DNA of 48,471 nucleotides, taken from Schmidtea nova. Its lineage: Eukaryota. The notes beneath the pieces were generated by a model, which worked only from the letters and a program-made list of their open reading frames with translations, was not told the DNA's origin and did not search any database. Location: the NCBI GenBank assembly GCA_044892505.1, contig CM097882.1, positions 555,706,001 through 555,754,471 of the forward strand, read 5' to 3'. The stretch's first letter is position 1. The number at the start of each line of letters is the position of its first letter. Both the position numbers and the translations under genes were made by a program. Positions 14,111-25,657 of the stretch are shown one piece after another.

Positions 14111-14188
14111 ATTTTTTAAACAAGTACACAATATTTCGGCACACGTGATAAAGGCTGTGCCGAAATATTGTGCACTTGTTTAAAAAAT
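14111..14188. repeat. Inverted repeat, 33-bp stem and 12-nt loop
   Basis: attttttaaacaagtacacaatatttcggcaca-cgtgataaaggc-tgtgccgaaatattgtgcacttgtttaaaaaat; one mismatch. Confidence 0.9.
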
Positions 14189-14312
14189 CTTTTGATGGAA
14201 ATTATGGAAGTTATTGATATTAATAAACATAATATTGTGAAATAAAAAGGAAACACGCACGAAAACAGTAAATGAATTGTTATGAAAATTGTAAATTATT
14301 TCTTATACTAAC

Positions 14313-14485
14313 AGTTTCAAAACTTTTGTTTATAGAAAGTATTGACTGAGAATTTGAGGTATTCGTGTGAGGAAAAGTAGTATGAGGAGTTGTTATCAAT
14401 TCATTATATGGGCTACTCCTTGGAGTCGGCATTGGGGTAGCAGCAGTATGAATTATAACCGGTGGCTGATTGGATATTTTTTGAT
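14313..14485 (-). CDS. Cav3: T-type Ca channel exon, II-III linker with the conserved IIHTAATP motif
   Basis: tttag|(N)QKISNQPPVIIHTAATPMPTPRSSPYNE...KSFET|gttagt; IIHTAATPM is a recognisable Cav3 II-III linker motif. Confidence 0.88.
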
Positions 14486-14535
14486 CTAAATATGTAATTG
14501 AATAAATCAACACAAATTCAGGATTGAGATTCAAC

Positions 14536-14680
14536 TTTCTCCTGTTTGATCTTTTTGGATTGAATTTGCAAGAAACAATAAATTTTCTGAATGATTTTGT
14601 AGGATCCTATTTTGTTTATTATTTGCTCGCCTTTTCTTTAATGATTGTCGATAATTATGCAAGAGCTTTTGTTCATCAAG
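14536..14680 (-). CDS. Cav3: T-type Ca channel exon, II-III linker (5' part in N-gap)
   Basis: Open frame LDEQKLLHNYRQSLKKRRANNKQ...QKDQTGE ending a|gttgaa; a 50-nt intron joins it in phase 1 to the next exon. Low conservation, so support is phase logic only. Confidence 0.65.
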
Positions 14681-15219
14681 NNNNNNNNNNNNNNNNNNNN
14701 NNNNNNNNNNNNNNNNNNNNNNNNNNNNNNNNNNNNNNNNNNNNNNNNNNNNNNNNNNNNNNNNNNNNNNNNNNNNNNNNNNNNNNNNNNNNNNNNNNNN
14801 NNNNNNNNNNNNNNNNNNNNNNNNNNNNNNNNNNNNNNNNNNNNNNNNNNNNNNNNNNNNNNNNNNNNNNNNNNNNNNNNNNNNNNNNNNNNNNNNNNNN
14901 NNNNNNNNNNNNNNNNNNNNNNNNNNNNNNNNNNNNNNNNNNNNNNNNNNNNNNNNNNNNNNNNNNNNNNNNNNNNNNNNNNNNNNNNNNNNNNNNNNNN
15001 NNNNNNNNNNNNNNNNNNNNNNNNNNNNNNNNNNNNNNNNNNNNNNNNNNNNNNNNNNNNNNNNNNNNNNNNNNNNNNNNNNNNNNNNNNNNNNNNNNNN
15101 NNNNNNNNNNNNNNNNNNNNNNNNNNNNNNNNNNNNNNNNNNNNNNNNNNNNNNNNNNNNNNNNNNNNNNNNNNNNNNNNNNNNNNNNNNNNNNNNNNNN
15201 NNNNNNNNNNNNNNNNNNN
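14681..15219. other. Assembly gap (N)
   Basis: Run of N; hides the 5' part of a II-III linker exon. Confidence 1.
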
Positions 15220-15241
15220 ATAAGAAGATAAGATCATTTAC

Positions 15242-15397
15242 TTCAGAAGAAAATCCTTCGACTAATATTGCCACGAGTAAATTGAATAAAACATAATTTC
15301 CGAAAGTCATCAAAGCAATAAAATAAAGAGCTGCCCATGACGATGTCCTATGCATTCCATTGTATAAAACAGTATTCCAATCTTCTTGCGTAAGAAT
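15242..15397 (-). CDS. Cav3: T-type Ca channel exon, domain II pore loop and S6
   Basis: ttcag|[52 protein letters not shown]|gtaaat; 156 nt; selectivity-filter Glu in QEDW. Confidence 0.97.
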
Positions 15398-17058
15398 CTG
15401 AAAATCAAGAAAATAAATGAAATAAAATTTCTCAAAACAAATCATGGTTTTATACAATATTTAGTGTTTCTCAGAACTTTGTTCTGAATCAGAAATATTA
15501 TCAGTAAAATATTTATTTTTACTTTTTGTTTACCAAAGCTCGAAATTAAATTTCGAAATAATATCGTATTATACATAATTTATTTTTATTTTTATTTATA
15601 TGAATTATTTTATAAATAAATCATCATCAAATATTCAAGTGGATTTAAAATTGAATAATTTTTTCTCTATTTTTGAAATAATGAAATGAGTTGTGAAAAT
15701 ATTTGTCCATTCTTCTGCAAAATGTATAACCTCAAAATCACAAAAAATATTTTTATTTTACTTCGTAATTTTTATTTAAAATTCTTTTTTTTTCTAAATA
15801 TTATAATTTAATCAAGTTTTTAAATAAGTAATTTAATCTGTAAATTAAATATTACAAATACAAAAATTAAAAGAATGCTGAAAGCAAATTTTTTATTATT
15901 TATTTTTAATGAAAAGCAAAAATGAAAATAAGAAATATTAATTTCCATATCTGTTTTATAAATTATTAATCTTACTTTCTCAGTCAACAACATGGCATTT
16001 TGTGTGGCAAAATAAATTTTATGGTAGACAAAAATCAGCAATGAACTCGAAGGCATATTAATAATGTTCCATTAATAATAATCTTCAAGTCTCGTTAAAA
16101 ATTTCATGAATAAATTATTTTTAACAAAATTTATTAACCTGAAATAGTTGTTCACTGAAAAAAATTATGTCAATAGATTACTCAATTGAAAAAAAATTGG
16201 AATATAATTCAAAAATTCTAATTTTAATTAATAAATAAATAATTTTATTTGCAAAAGAAAGGACTCTTACTTTTCCAATTTTTTATCAGATTGCAAATGA
16301 TTAATAAATTGAAAAATATACACAATTATTATTCGACATAACTTTCTCAGGGTGCGTTTTAAGAACACAGAAATATATGCACAAACATCTTTTGGCATTT
16401 CAAAAATGACATTCTGAGACTTGTGATGCATATGTACCAAGAAGTTTCTCAAAAATCCCTGTGTGAATATTATTGCGTGACAGCTTATTTGATTAGTTAT
16501 AGAAACTATTTAATGTTTTATGATTTTTAAGAAAAATATTCATGAATTGCTCTAATCTTTAGTTGAAATTATTGTACTGTGATATGCTATATCAGGTTAT
16601 ATAACAAAAATTATACTACTGTGTTTTTTATACGCATGGGCACCATAGGCAAGCACCAATTCGTAAACGAGCTAATGATATTTTATTTTTTCATCTTACT
16701 TTATTTTAATATGTAAAAAATATAATGTGTTTTAAATTAATTTTTTTAAATTATTATTTGAAAATTAATTTTTACAATATATTTTGACAGAGTGGCTGTC
16801 ATCTTTAGGCAATAAACAAATTCAATAAAAAAAATTGACCATATTTCTAAGTTTAGTGTTTAGATAATAACATGTGCAGAATCCAATAAAAAATTAGTTA
16901 AAAACTCTAAATATGCATTTGGACATTGCATATTTTATATTTATTTTAGTATTAAATTAATTTAATTTAATTTTTTTATATAAAGACTAAAGATAAAAAT
17001 TTTATTTATGACACGAATTTATGACACAATTTTTCAACTTTATATTTCAAATGTTTTA

Positions 17059-17570
17059 CACATTTGAGAAAAGGAGTGCCGAAAATATTTGTGCTATAAA
17101 ACAATTTTGATCTAGTATTTATATAAAAGATGAGATTTTAAAGGTGAAAAAAATAAAAGATATAAATTTATTTACTTTAATTAGTTGTTTAAATTTAATC
17201 AATTTTGTTATAAAAGGAATTAGGCAAATTAATGGCGACTATTTAATGGGTCAGTATTTCAAATTAAATGGTCAGTATTTTTATTCTGACATATCAGTAT
17301 TTTAAATAAATGATCACATTTGAGAAAAGGAGTGCCGAAAATATTTGTGCTATAAAACAATTTTGATCTAGTATTTATATAAAAGATGAGATTTTAAAGG
17401 TGAAAAAAATAAAAGATATAAATTTATTTACTTTAATTAGTTGTTTAAATTTAATCAATTTTGTTATAAAAGGAATTAGGCAAATTAATGGCGACTATTT
17501 AATGGGTCAGTATTTCAAATTAAATGGTCAGTATTTTTATTCTGACATATCAGTATTTTAAATAAATGAT
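17059..17570. repeat. Tandem duplication, 2 x 256 bp
   Basis: cacatttgagaaaagg...aataaatgat begins at 17059 and again at 17315; copies look identical by eye. Confidence 0.92.
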
Positions 17571-20077
17571 CAGTATATTATTTAATTGTTCAGTAGAAAA
17601 AATGAATTGTTAATACACTTAGATTCAGTATTTTTTTATCAGTATTTTTAATGAATTTTCAGTTTTAATATAATTTTGTCAGTATAATAAATCAATTATC
17701 AGTATTTAAATTAAATTATAAGCAGAAAAATTAAATCATCAATTATTTAAATTACATATATAAATATAAACCTTTAATTGATAAGTTTTTAGACTTAAAT
17801 TAAATTACCTTTTCTTCAATTGAATTGTTTAAAATAAGTAAAAATATAAATATATCTAAGTAAAATTGAATTTTTATTCATCCCAAATACATTTGAATTT
17901 AAATTAAACTTTTAAATTATCCTGTTATTATATTCTAGTCTATAGTTTGATATATAAGTAAATGATAACGATTCAACAAATATGGCAGGAAACAAATTAG
18001 CACCCTATTTCTCCGATTCAGAAACTGAATCGATTATACCAAACGTTTCCAACCAACCAAGAAGAACGAAAAGACAACGAAATTGGGAAGAGAAAAAGAT
18101 TTGTGCCAATAAAGCTGAAACCATGATTTTAATTAATAAAGAAGATACATGGAGCGTTCATTATTAAAACAAAACAAACGTTGATAAAAAATATATTTTA
18201 GATGCAACAAAGCTCAGAAAGGAGACGAACAAGGTCCAGCTGGCATACACATTTGTGTTCCAAATGATCATGAAGAAGTTGTTGTTTATCGAACTGAAGA
18301 ACAACACGAACACGAACACGAAGATGCTAATGTTGTTAAAAGTGATCGCCTTTCAGACGAAATCAAACAAGAAATAAAAAACTTTTTGATTTAATATAAA
18401 GCCGAAAACAATTCTCGAGAAACTAAGAAAAAAAAATTTAATATTAAAAAAAAGTTTCAATTGGCGAATTATTTAACTCAACTAAGAAATGGAAAAAATG
18501 GACCAATAAAAATAAGCCTCGGCGAATTAGAAAAATGGTGTCAAGATCACATCAATATATCAGATTCAGAAGATGAGTCTTATGTTGTGGCATATTGTAT
18601 TCATTTTGGCGACAAAGATGATGAAAACGAAGATGACGAAGATGAAGATGCATCTAAATTCAGAATATTTATTTCAACTAAACGCCTACTAAAATTAGCA
18701 AGTAAATCAAACAATATTCATGCTGATGGCACATACAAGTTAATTTGGGAAGGAATGCCAGTGATATGGACCGTCATTTTCACCCGTTTGGAATAGGTAT
18801 TTGCTCATATGAAAAAACAAACGATTTCAAATTTATGTTTTAATCATTATTAGATGGCTTAACAAAATTAGGCGAAAGTTGTCAAATATAAAAGTTAATT
18901 TCGGAATGCTGCTTATGCAATACAAAACGCTTTTACTCAAGTTTTTGGAAATAACATAGTTTTAATGATGCGTTGGGCTCACATGAGAAGCAATATTGAT
19001 CATAACTTACATTTACTTGAGCCAGAATATAAAGATGAAGTTTTAAATGATATCGACACAATTTAAATTTCAAGCAACAACGAAATATTCGAAAAAGCAA
19101 AACAGCTATTTATTAAAAAATGGGTGCAAAAAAAGCAAAAAGGTTTTGTTAATTATATGAAGCAAATGTGGTCAAATACTCATCAAAATTGGTATGAAGG
19201 AGCAGCTGAGTTTACACCATCAACAAACAATGCTTTAGAATCATTTAATCTAGTAATCAAGAAAGAAGATACATTAAGAAAACGTTTACCTTTAGCGAGG
19301 TTTTTGAATTTATGTTTGGAATCAACAAAAAAATGGTCGACTGAATATTTTCATGGTGATAGAAAGTTTATGATTGAAACTTCAATAGATTTAAAGGTAT
19401 GGACAGAGAGTTATAACTGAGCGAAAGGCAATTAAGAAATTTCATCAAAAGATTGTGAAGATATAGTAGGATATTACTGTCCAGCTGGTAATGAAATCAA
19501 AATATCAAATGAAGTAATACTTAATATCAAGCAAATACGTTAGAATACTTTTGAATAATTCAAAATAAGAGCTTTCATTGCTTGGATCGTTCAAATGCCA
19601 AAGAATAACGAAGAATGGAAAAAAGGAACATTATACATGCAGACATCTTATTGGCATCGCTATTCGATTAAAATTAACAAAGCAACCCGGTGAAGCAAAA
19701 AATGTCCCAATAGGTAAAAAAAGACAAAGAGGAAGACCAGCAAAAGCAAATAAAGACCTATTAATTGGTTAAAGTTTTTTTATTTTTGCAATTTGCTTAA
19801 TTTTAAAAATGTAATTGAATTGAATTTGTTAATGTAATAGAAATTTTATTAACTGTAATGGTTATTATGACTTTTTTAATAAATTGATAAAATTTATTTC
19901 TTACTGACGAAAAACTATTTTTTAACTTTCCAAATTTCAAATATGTACTGAAAAAAAAATTATTATTATACTGATAGTTTATATTAAATACTGACCATTC
20001 TTTTAATTCTCACTGATATAATTAAGCATAAAATACTGACCAATTATAATTAAATACTGACCATTTAATTAATCCCC
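17490..20077 (+). mobile_element. MULE/Mutator-like DNA transposon with decayed SWIM-containing transposase
   Basis: IHADGTYKLIWEGMPV, WYEG...STNNALESFN, CRHLIGIA (SWIM) and KRQRGRPAKA. Imperfect TIRs with ggtcagtatt subrepeats; 9-bp TSD caaattaat (17481-17489) / caaattaaa (20078-20086). Confidence 0.92.
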
Positions 20078-20121
20078 CAAATTAAATCCAATCAAAAGTT
20101 AAATTAAATAAAAATATTTAC

Positions 20122-20236
20122 TTGAAAAACTGTTACAATTGACCAGAGTAATGAATCAAAATTCTTCCTATCACAAGTCCTTTTATTGTTTTCCGTCGTA
20201 CAGAATTTACAACCAAATAAACTCATTCCTAAAATA
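20122..20236 (-). CDS. Cav3: T-type Ca channel exon, domain II S5-P extracellular turret (exon 12a-like)
   Basis: Follows a 49-nt GT-AG intron: (S)[38 protein letters not shown]|gtaaat; 115 nt, phase 2 to 0. Not in the ORF track. Confidence 0.96.
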
Positions 20237-20285
20237 CTAATATCTTATCGGTAATTTGTTACAAGATATTGTTAGAAAGTTTTAC

Positions 20286-20474
20286 CTGAAGATGAAAATA
20301 AATAATATTAATAGAGCAAAGAACGTAGCAACGTTGTCTATTGTTCGAATCATTACGAATAGCTGCTGTCGAAGGGCAGGCATAAATCTTACTAACTTTA
20401 AAATTCTTAGTAATCTGAAAGTTCTTAATATTGATAAACCAGAGGTCCCTCCTTGCTGACAAAGCTCAATTACA
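20286..20474 (-). CDS. Cav3: T-type Ca channel exon, domain II S3-S4 voltage sensor and S5 start
   Basis: ttcag|(G)[62 protein letters not shown](S)|gtaaaa; 189 nt, phase 2 to 2; RxxRxxRxxKxxR S4. Confidence 0.97.
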
Positions 20475-20768
20475 CTGAATATTATTTTTAATATTAATAT
20501 CTGCATTTGTTTGAATATATTAAATAAATTAATTGTTAAAGTCTGGAATGAAGTAGCTTTAAGTTGAATAAAAGAGAAATTTATTGAGAAGGTATTTGGA
20601 AAGCTGACCAGAAACGGAATAGGTGCCAAGAAACATAATGACACCTAATAAGTGACAAAAAGTACAACGGATGCTAGGAAAAGTAGTAAAATGAGAATAC
20701 AAAATAAATAAGGAATCAGATTTATATTTTCAAAATACGGGTTAAGAATAGAGAAAAAGACGAGAAAT

Positions 20769-21029
20769 NNNNNNNNNNNNNNNNNNNNNNNNNNNNNNNN
20801 NNNNNNNNNNNNNNNNNNNNNNNNNNNNNNNNNNNNNNNNNNNNNNNNNNNNNNNNNNNNNNNNNNNNNNNNNNNNNNNNNNNNNNNNNNNNNNNNNNNN
20901 NNNNNNNNNNNNNNNNNNNNNNNNNNNNNNNNNNNNNNNNNNNNNNNNNNNNNNNNNNNNNNNNNNNNNNNNNNNNNNNNNNNNNNNNNNNNNNNNNNNN
21001 NNNNNNNNNNNNNNNNNNNNNNNNNNNNN
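20769..21029. other. Assembly gap (N)
   Basis: Run of N in an intron. Confidence 1.
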
Positions 21030-21826
21030 TAAATGTGCTAAAAAAATATTTAATAAATAAAAAAATAAATAAAAAAAACTTAAAGAATCGTTAAGAATGG
21101 GAAATGAAACAAAATATTTGGAAACCGTTATCATGATGGCATGTTCAATGAGAGCAAGTAGAAGAGAGAGAAGGAAGAAATTAATCATTTTATTTTCCAT
21201 ACAATTTACTGAAAAATCTCCAGAAAATGTCTACAGATTGTTCAAAATATGACTTGTTTTTACGTTTGTTTCTAAAATCCTATGCAATTGGTATTTTGCC
21301 TCAGATAGAGACATAGGAATTTAAATTAGGATTAAAAGAGTAAACTTTAAAAGATAGATATCACGAAATATCAAGAAGGCCCGAAAAGGATTATAAGTGA
21401 CATCAAATCAGCAGCCTAGTGTTGTTAATTTATTTATATAAGTCCAACAGAATAAGACAATAAAGTTAATAAGTATGCGAAACGAAACTTTGACACTTTT
21501 TACTAAAAATATATGAAGTTGTTTTCAACTTTGTTTTGGTCAACGGTTATGATTAATTATGGTTTCATCGGCATAAGCATCATCAATTTCTTGTTTCAGT
21601 TTAACAGATTTTTTCTACTCTAGAATCATTATTCAGACGCAAATTCATCTTCGCCTTCATTTATAAAATTGATCGATTCATTTTAAACGTTTATGGTTTC
21701 CATTAGTCTCATCAGTTTTCGTAAATAATTTAACGAGCACTGTTTCGACGCTTCCATTTAGATCATTATCATTTAAAAATGATCGTTTTGATTAACAAAT
21801 TGCTTCATATCGTGATAACAGGAGTA

Positions 21827-22110
21827 GTAGGATATGTCCCCGTCAAATACAGTACCTCAGGGGTTACATAATAATTGACATTTGGCCCATATCACATCAT
21901 AAGTTACGTAATGTTATGTGATAATTGATCTCACTGTGTCGTGATTGAACCTGATTACATCATATTTGACTTCAATTATGGAATACGTGTCAATCATGAC
22001 GTAACATGGCCAATAGTTATTCAAGATTACATAACGTATTACATAATATAGGTCAAAGGTCAATCGTTTCATAACTCCTGGGTACTGTATTTGACGGGGT
22101 CACATCCTAC
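21827..22110. mobile_element. Unclassified MITE (about 285 bp)
   Basis: Inverted repeats gtaggatatgtccccgtcaaatacagtacc / ggtactgtatttgacggggtcacatcctac (28/30); outer ends and TSD unresolved. Confidence 0.75.
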
Positions 22111-24210
22111 TTTTACCCGGCAACAGTGTTCGGTTGATTATTGTTTGTAATTTATGAATATTGGTTTACAGCAGATAATATATTACTTGCGATAGTGAAT
22201 AATGCCAAACAAGTCAATTGAGTATCTAAAGCCTCTCGTAAATCATTGACTTCTTGTTCATATAATGATGCAAGATTATCTAATCAAATTAATGAAACTC
22301 CTGATGTCTACCAAAGTTTTGCTTGTATTTGATTTATTTTTAAGATATTTCAATATAAACTGCAAAACGATCAATCAAATAAATAATTAATTTTTGTTCA
22401 CATAGGCTTGACAAAAATAAAGGATTATCATAGAAAAATGCTAGGATATCCAATGTCATTGATTGGCATTTTCTCTTCAGTTTGAAAATTTGTCGTAAGT
22501 ATAATCGTAAGTATAATTTTTTAAGATTGAAATTTTTGGAATTAAATTAATTCAATTTACGTTTAAAAACTAATCAAAGAACCATTCAGCATTTATTAAA
22601 TTTAAATTTTCTTATAAAAAACAAATTAATAATATTTAAACAATCATTTTTTAAAATCTTATTTAACTTAAAAATAATTAAAATCTGCCATTTTTAAATA
22701 TTATCCAGATTATTTTCCAGAACGCTATTCGTGGTATAAGGCCCAATGATAGTATTTGGTGCTTAATACACTCGATAGCGAAATAGTGAAATTTTAAACC
22801 AACTCCCAATGTTAAAAACAGAATTTAAAAAAGTCTACAGAAAATATTTTTAGAAACTTTAAGTATTTGTCACAAATAAGTAAGATAAGCAATATAACGT
22901 ATAAAGTGTTATAGGGCTCTTTTAGCGCCTAATGGATAAAAAGTTAGCGCGCATGTGGCACTGAATGTGCTAATATGTGGTTTTCATTTATTAATTGAAC
23001 TTTTTGATATTATTTGACAAATTGAGGATCTAGAAGCATCCAACTGATAAATGCAGTCTTTATTTCCCATTCATTATTTTCAAGACCTATCACTCCTTTA
23101 ACAGAAATAGGACAATCTGAACCAATTTGAAGTTTGTTGTCAGTGCTTAAATTTTCAAGTTTTTTACGCTAAAAAAACATTTGTTGTTTTATTGAATATT
23201 AAATTTTACCCAGTCATTGGCGTTGTTGAACCGCAACACCAAACTTTACTTATTTAGCAAATTTATCTATTTTATTTATATTTTCATTTCAATTTATTTA
23301 TATTTTAATTTCTTTTTCATACTTTGTTTAAATTGAAATAAATTACCTAAAACAATTAAGATAAAGAAAATTAAAAATATCAATCGTGCAAAAGTTAAAG
23401 TATTTTAGCAAAACTTTGTGATAATTTTACTAATAATTTCTGACTTTATTAAAGCTTTATTCCGTATTAATGAAGTTTTCATTGAAATAAATAAAAGTTT
23501 TTAATGAAACGAAATCAAATTTCTTAGCCAAAAATCTGAAAACGATATGAGATTAAAGCTATTCCCGCCAAAGCCGGGGAGTCTCAATTTTCAATTATTA
23601 GTTATACATATATGATAAGCTATTATGACAGATTTATAGTTTAAAATGAATTTTCAGTAAATTATTTCCAATCATAGCTATTTGTAATACAAATTTTATT
23701 TTTCGATTTTACTGCTAATAAAAAGAAATGGTTCACAGGATACCGTTGCCATAGCAATAAATGGATTTAAAATATTTTTCTAATGTCCTAAGTTGATCCG
23801 AATTACATATATTTTCACATTTTCAGATAATAGATCAAAAATATATTTTTTATTTAGCATAAATGTTTCAGAATTAACACTTGAAAAAAGCAGTCAACTT
23901 TTTTTCTTACAATTTACGAATTAGATCTTCGGATGGTTTTTATATATTAAATATGGAAATTGCTTAAAATTAATTTTTAAAAAAATATTTTATATATAGA
24001 AAATTATAATTGATGTCATTGTAATAAATTTTAAAAAATGAAATTCAGACTAAATAAGATTATAAAACATAATTTTTTTAACCTAATTATCGTGACTAGA
24101 AAATATACTGTAACAAAAACCAAATTTTATTAAACATGAAATAGTTTTCTGGTGCTGAGTGCTGCGTTGAAATAGTTTGTTTGCTGAGCTCCATCTTTTC
24201 TTTATTCATT

Positions 24211-24310
24211 TGAACGTGCATTTCTTCTTTTAATCTAATTGAACGTGCATTTTCTTTTATCTGATTGGACGTGCGTTTTTTTATCTAATTGAACGTGCAT
24301 TTTCTTTTAT
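24211..24310. repeat. Four-copy 24-29 bp minisatellite (tgaacgtgcattttcttttatctaat-like)
   Basis: Units start at 24211, 24240, 24266 and 24290. Confidence 0.8.
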
Positions 24311-24363
24311 AGCGATTATTAAAACAAAACTTTATAAATATTTGGATATTTTTAATTTAATTA

Positions 24364-25657
24364 TACGTGGTGCGCCCAATAAGTCGTGAGACTAATATAG
24401 AAATAATAATAGTAAAAAAATTGATACAGACATATTTAAACGTCAACATATATAGGTAAAGAAAATGTATTTTGTTTTAATAATCCATTATTGTTTAAGT
24501 ATATTTTGCGAAAATTCGAAAAATGCCTCTGGAAACTATTCAATACCGTAGCGTTATTCGCTTTCTTTTTCTGAAAGGAAAAAATAGATAAGAGGTTCTT
24601 TCTGAACTGAAAGCTATTTACTAACAAGAGTGCCCATCCACAGCAACAATTTATCGTTGGTTCAATTACTTTCAGAGTGGTAGAACCTCCGTAGTGGACG
24701 AAGAGAGACCTGGAAGACCCTCAGAAATTGATGAAAAAATAACGTAAAAGTTGCAGACAATCGTGCAAAACGAGAGAAAAATAATGACGAGAGAGCTCAC
24801 AACCCGTCTAAATGTGAGAAAAAGCACTGTGCATACTCTCCTCACTGAAAGTGGTATTCGAAAACTATGTTCCCTTTTTGTGCCACACTTCTTAACGGTG
24901 GAAATGCGACAACGACGCTTGGAATGCTGCTTGGAGAATCTGCAGATCAGGACCAATGTTGGAGACCGTTTCATTGATAATGTCATCACTGTGGACGAGA
25001 CACCGTTGTGATTTATGTCCCCGAATCTAAAAGAGAGTCTCAAGAATAGAAACGGCCAGGAGAAGGCAGCTCACAGAAAATGCGGTCCTCAACTTGCCAC
25101 CGAAAGGTTCTCATGCTGACGGCGTTTTGGGACGCCAATGGCATTATTCTCACTGACTTTGCTGAATCCGGCGTGAAGATCAATAGTTCTTACTACTCCA
25201 ACATCGTGCAGCAAGCAAGGAAGGCACGACGCAAGAGCAGAGTGTGTGATCTCTATTTTTTACACGATAATGCTCCCATCCACACCAGCAGCGTTTCTAT
25301 GGCCAAAATTGAGCGTTGCGGGCTCAATTTGCTTCCCCATCCCCCATACAGCCCAGATTTGGCTCCTTCCGATTTTTTCCTGTTTAACCATCTTAAGAAG
25401 CATCTGCGGGGCAAGGTGTTTGCCAACAAACATGATTTGAGAGCAGCCGTGGAGAGTTCTCTGGGAGAAAAGCCTCCAGAATTCTTCAAAAACACCTTCG
25501 AAAACCTCATTATTCGCTGAGAAAATTGTGTCAGTGCAGAAGGAAATTAATTTGAGAAATGATGCCTAATTACCATGCTTGTTCTAAATACAAAGTTTTG
25601 TGTTGATAACTTAAGTCTTTCTATTTTAGTCTCACGACTTATTGGGCGCACCACGTA
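24364..25657 (+). mobile_element. Full-length mariner (DD34D) transposon, transposase inactivated
   Basis: 1294 bp; 32-bp perfect TIR tacgtggtgcgcccaataagtcgtgagactaa; TA TSD. ATG at 24523 (YRSVIRFLFLKG); motifs TVDET, HDNAP, HPPYSPDLAPSDFFLF; several stops and frameshifts. Confidence 0.96.

Noticed and set aside
15974-16420. Repeated actttctcag, suggesting a plus-strand two-exon mini-gene (STTWHFVWQNKFY-GCVLRTQK...)
   Set aside because: Very short, stops after about 20 codons, no start or homology; the same text also reads as a minus-strand donor.
16267-16470. Minus-strand ORF with Cys residues and a strong donor (aa|gtaaga) as a possible exon 12b
   Set aside because: No ILGM/LFG/NFDS/VTVFQ motifs, wrong ending phase, no Cav3 similarity.
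22921-22960. gcctaatggataa, resembling a tRNA-Arg D-arm
   Set aside because: No acceptor stem, anticodon arm or T-arm; not a tRNA.
23562-23585. GC-rich mini-hairpin cccgccaaagccggg
   Set aside because: Imperfect stem with no CTRR terminus or partner end; unassignable.
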